A stretch of 64,000 nucleotides of DNA from Hypanus sabinus (taxonomy: Eukaryota): positions 30,752,001 to 30,816,000 of the forward strand of contig NC_082707.1 in the NCBI RefSeq assembly GCF_030144855.1, given 5' to 3'. Shown here piece after piece: positions 59,291-64,000 of the stretch. The notes beneath the pieces are model-generated. The model had not been told where the DNA came from. It worked only from the letters and a program-made list of their open reading frames with translations, and ran no database searches. The position numbers were made by a program, and so were the translations under genes. The first letter of the stretch is position 1. Each line of letters begins with the position of its first letter.

Positions 59291-60583
59291 TAGATACAGG
59301 AGTGACTGTACCTTGGGTGACTCTGACAAGAAGTGATTCGGATTGTGACAATAAAGGGCCAGAAATGAGTTTTCAAGATTATATCTAGTTAGATATATAA
59401 TTCAGAGAGATTAACAAATGCCTTAGGGAACTCAGTTGCTGCTCAGAGTAACCGGATACAGGATCTCTTTGGGTTCAACGTGGCCCAAACTGGCATTATG
59501 ACTTAGGAACTGAAAGAATTCCAATTACTAAGGTGTGGTCGGATCGGGAGAGTCATGTCCTTATTATTAACATATATTAAAAAGGAAACATTATGAAAGT
59601 ACAATGTTGAAGAGTGGACTTGTTGCCAGTATAAAGTTGACCTTTAGAAAGAACGGTAACAGGGCGTACATGTTCTATAAAATTGCCTGACAGCGTAAAA
59701 TGAGTCATGTTTGGCCAGTGAACTTATTAAGTTTCTTCCTTCTCTGAGATTCATTACAGGTAAGTAATCAAATAATTCAGGACCTGTCAGAAGAAGTAGA
59801 AGCAAGCAAATTGTATTTAAAACAAACCTGTATTTAAGACTCATAAAAGCAAAACTGTCATCATTCACGGCCATTACACGATGAAACCGACACCATTTTA
59901 AAAGAGTATACGTGTTCTGTTAAACACTTAAAACCAGAAACATTTGCCAGCCACTTGCTGTTTCCCCACAGGGATCACTCATCTGCAAACTCTCCAGTTT
60001 AGTATGCAGAAGTCATTGATCTAAAAACAACCCAAGATGTTCATCAACTGTTTCTCAGTGTAAAAAAGGTAAATTAATATGCTCGTTACGAGGTGCAAAT
60101 GAACAGCATTCTGTAGAATAATTGTTGCCTAGCAAATTTTCTAGTGCTGAAAAAGAATTTTAATGTGAATTCTGGACTTGTCTAAAATATTATAGACACT
60201 AAAATAATTTACTTTTGTATTTGAAGTAGTATGTAACTTCAGCTTCTTTGTTGTGTCTTTAGTATAGTAAGATATTTAATTTTTAAGTTAAAAACTGTGC
60301 TATTGACTCACTGATCTGATGTTTGTGAGAATTATTCAATCTAGCTGTCCGCTTATCACTGTTGCTCAACCCCATTGATCTCCGGGAATAATGCCTGATA
60401 GGAGCTGGCTTTAGTGTGCACAACTTAGATAACCAAATTAATTTGGCAGTTATTTTCGAAGTCAACAGGGAGTGCTGTCATCTCTGTGTGAATCTGAATC
60501 ACTATGATATTAATTTACCAACTGCACCAAAGGTGGTGATTGATATTGCAAATAAATCCTTGAATTTAATGAACTGGTGAAAT

Positions 60584-60597
60584 TGCCACCAGGTGGC
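60584..60597. promoter_or_regulatory. CTCF-like motif
   Basis: TGCCACCAGGTGGC matches the CTCF core; palindromic GCCACC-A-GGTGGC. Confidence 0.4.
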
Positions 60598-61479
60598 TTT
60601 GCACAGGAAATCTGTAGGGATGAATTGCTTGTGCTGGACTTGGTACCGATAATATTTGTCCAAACTACGTAAAGCATGCTTTTAGGGTTAATGAGTTATC
60701 ATCACACTTTAACATCGTAATTTGCAAGTCGTTTTGCTTTTGCCTGTGTGACACCTCTCTGCCTCTTTATCGGGGAAAGAGAGAGACACTGTGGCATGTC
60801 AAATTGTCGGGTGAATGATAAGTTTTTGTTGTACAGCCTATCATGGTCTTTCTTGGGGGCTTTGCTGTTGCTTGCTTGGTGGGTGGTGGGTGCTGATGCT
60901 TTTTGCTGAAATAAATGGGGGGAGGAGGAGGGCTTGATGCTTTTCTGCTGCTTGTACATGAATGGGGGCTTTGAAGATCTAATATTTTTACTATCACTCG
61001 TTCTTTGGGTACTCTTCTGTTTCTGTGGAGAGCAAGAATTTCAGGTTGTATATTGTATACGTTCTCTGAGATTAAATGGAACTATTGAATTGAATATCCT
61101 GTGTGCATTTCAAGTGGGCATTTGCAACATTGTCAGGTCGCTCCATGGGGCAATTTGAGTAGAAAGAACTACAAGCCTTGGTATAGCTTTCAGATCATTC
61201 CAAAATACTGGACGGCCAATGTAGATTCAACATGCTTTATTAAAGTGACAGTGATATGTTTTCCACAAATAGCAATGTGATAATGACCAGATATTCTGTT
61301 TTGGTAATGTCGATCATGAAATAAATATCCACCTATTATGGGTGATATCTCAATTGCTCTATAGTACTTACCCATGTCATTTCAAATTGCAGAGTCATCT
61401 GTGATTTGTGAAATTCACATTTGTGAAATTCAGCAACTCCAGCTTCACTACTGCACAGGAATTCTAAAGATTTAATGAA

Positions 61480-62250
61480 CCTGTAAGGTGAAGGAACAGA
61501 AACAGGAAATGGAAATCATTATATCTCAAGACCTCATGTGGAGGAACCATAACCCCTTCATCAATAAAAAGGCTGGGCAGATACTTCTGCTGGTACTTCT
61601 TACGGCAGTTGGTAAATTTCAATTTTCCCAGAAGATGCTGGTGCAAGTCTACACTATGACTCACAGAAATGCCATCATAGAGAGTGTTATCACAGTCATT
61701 ACTGTCTGGTTTAGTGCAGCATCCTCTCACAGAATGTAGAGTAAACTGTCAGGAAGGCTGAAAAGTTAATTAGCTGCAGTCTACCATCACTGCAGGACTT
61801 GTATGTGTTCAGGAGAAAGAAGAAGGCAGGAAATATCATTCTGGGCACTACCTAAAAAGCTGCATTTTTCAAAAGTTCCCTTCTGAAAGTGCTATAGGGC
61901 TATTGAAACAAAAATCTCGCACAATCTTAAAAGTTTATTTCCCCAAGGCTGTTAATCTGATCAACCATTCTCATTAACCCCCACCCTACCCCCCTCTATC
62001 TATTATACCCATCACTGCGCTATAGACACTTCAAAACATTTTTTACTGTAAATGCATGCTGGTATTTATGAATTTATTCACATTTTATTCCGTATCTGTC
62101 CTTGAACCTCCCGACTTTATTTTTATATAATTCTTTATTCTTTATAAATGTTGAATGGTGTTTTTTGTTGCATGTTGTGCCCCGACCAACACATCGCAGC
62201 AAATTCCTGATATGTACATGTAAATATATATGGCAAATAATTGATGTTAA
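61480..62250 (+). mobile_element. Rex1/Babar 3' fragment
   Basis: IISQDLMW..KKAGQ..AIIESVITVITVWF remnants. Confidence 0.7.
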
Positions 62251-62825
62251 TATGTTTCAGTTATACTTTAGCTTTAGGGATCCTTTGCAGAGGAAGCCAA
62301 TGTTGTTCAATTTTATTTAACGTCATTTCTTGTACACAAGTGTAAAGGGGAATAAAATAGTTGCTATTCCAGAGCTGATGCAGCGTATAAAAACACTAAG
62401 ATAAAGAACATAAAAATTTAAAAACCACAATAATATAAATACATAAGATAGCTTATATACACAGATTGATTATACTTACATGAAGTGACGCTAGCTACAG
62501 GAGTGTCTGTAAATAAGGTGACTCAGACAGAAACTGATAAAGCCCTGGTGATGGAGTGGGTTAGTGGGTGGAGGTGTTGATCAACCTTATTGTTTGTGAA
62601 AGTAACTGTTTTTGAATCTGATGGTCCTGGTGTGGATGCTACGTCACCAGCTCCCTGATGGGAGTGGGACAGCATTTCAGTCCCTCAAAAGCAGTCAATC
62701 CCAGTCTGAGACCCCAAAGAAAAGATTATGCATGAAAAAAGGTGTGAAGAACATTTGTCATCACTCAATCTCAACTGCCAACAAAATTAGGTCTTATTCA
62801 CATAAAACAAACACAAGTTTAACTT

Positions 62826-62925
62826 CACACACAAAATGCTGGTGGAACACAGCAGGCCAGGCAGCATCTATAGGAGAAGCACTGTCGACGTTTTGGGCCG
62901 AGACCCTTCGTCCCTCCGTCAGGGC
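62826..62925 (-). mobile_element. Penelope-tail repeat with hammerhead motif
   Basis: Minus strand GACGAAGGGTCTCGGCCCAAAACGTCGAC; its 40-bp arm is identical to the 1433-1472 arm. Confidence 0.8.
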
Positions 62926-64000
62926 TAATATCACTTAGGAAGCAAATGGCCAAGTCTTTTTACAAACTATACAAGAAATATTTAGAATATTTTGATAAAC
63001 CAGGAATGGATTGGAAGTCTCTCCTATTCTAGAGAATATGAATAAAATTTGGCAGATTAAGTTGCAACTTCATGTTTTACAATACATAAAGGACTCCAGT
63101 CTCCAAAGCTGAGTGAATGCTGAAGTTAGAGTTCATGCACTTTTCTCTTGTGTTTCCACAGTCAGGATTATGGTTCACATTAACAAAATCAAAGTTCAAG
63201 TTTGAAGGCAACATTAACAGCCAATGCACAGCAATTTCATTGTGAACCTGGCACATTTGACTTCATAATGTCTGTTGTGGTGAAAGGGTGTTACTTCGTT
63301 TAAGATCTTAATCTATTGACATGACTAAAGCTGTTAGTAGTAAGGGTAACTGAGAGCTGTACTGTTGTAATAAACTGCTGCTGGATCTACACCAGCCATA
63401 TGCTTCCCAACACTTCTTGAGTGAGGGTGATTCCATCCAGACTGAACAAGGGGTTTGAGGGATGTGCCAAACACCAGTTAGTGTGAAAAGTAGCTTTTAA
63501 GTCCTACTTGGAACAAAGATATAAAAATATGAAATTAAATCAGAATATTGCTTTAGAAAACTCGTCGTCACAGACTCAAATCCAAGGAATAACAATAAGA
63601 ACCAGTGATTCTCTCATGGCTCATACCTGTCGAACCAATCATGAGAGAAGTATCTGATAGTTATAAGAACTGCTTTTGACTGTCACCCAGGATACCTGCA
63701 TAAATAACTTACAGGTATGTGCAACAAACAAGGAAGAGTTGCTCTGCCTCTGAAATGTTTGTGTCTGGGCTGTGCTTTCTTTGCATGTTGTAATTCCCCT
63801 TGTAATACGGATAAGTGAGGCCAAGAATTCAGCTCACAGAGAGTGTATTGGCATTCACTGTTGCTGGGCAACAATTATTGTTTTAACAGATTAATAAAGT
63901 AAAAGCCAAATGAACAGAAGGATAAAAATTATTTTATCATCATAGGATTTGTTGTTTCACCTTCTGTAGTAACTTTGAACTATGCAATCTGAGCAATGGA

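Noticed and set aside
59640-59765. Strong donor CAG|GTAAGT near 59759 suggesting another gene
   Set aside because: No supporting coding similarity or matching exons.
63627-63695. Minus-strand segment with exon-like splice sites
   Set aside because: Stops in all three frames and no partner exons; at most non-coding.

Overview
Vertebrate genomic DNA, most likely a cartilaginous fish (ray-like; inferred from the repeat families). It holds three intact spliced genes: ZNF639 (+, 5391-10281, nine C2H2 fingers), RFC4 (+, 21050-40338, 10 coding exons, 358 aa) and EIF4A2 (-, 54235-42792, 11 exons, 407 aa), the last convergent with RFC4. EIF4A2 introns host SNORD2 (intron 3), SNORA81/MIR1248 (intron 6) and a decayed second SNORA81 copy (intron 8). 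The rest is dense with transposons: CR1 LINEs (two young, near-identical RT-intact copies in inverted orientation bracket all three genes), Rex1/Babar, L2, RTE-derived pieces, V-SINEs, a Penelope element, hAT/Buster, Tc1, a Tigger-like MITE and a solo LTR. The most striking unexplained signal is a dispersed family of Penelope-tail repeats carrying a minimal type I hammerhead ribozyme motif, some inserted as short palindromes. Family assignments rest on recalled reference sequences and motifs; no searches were run. TE boundaries are approximate.
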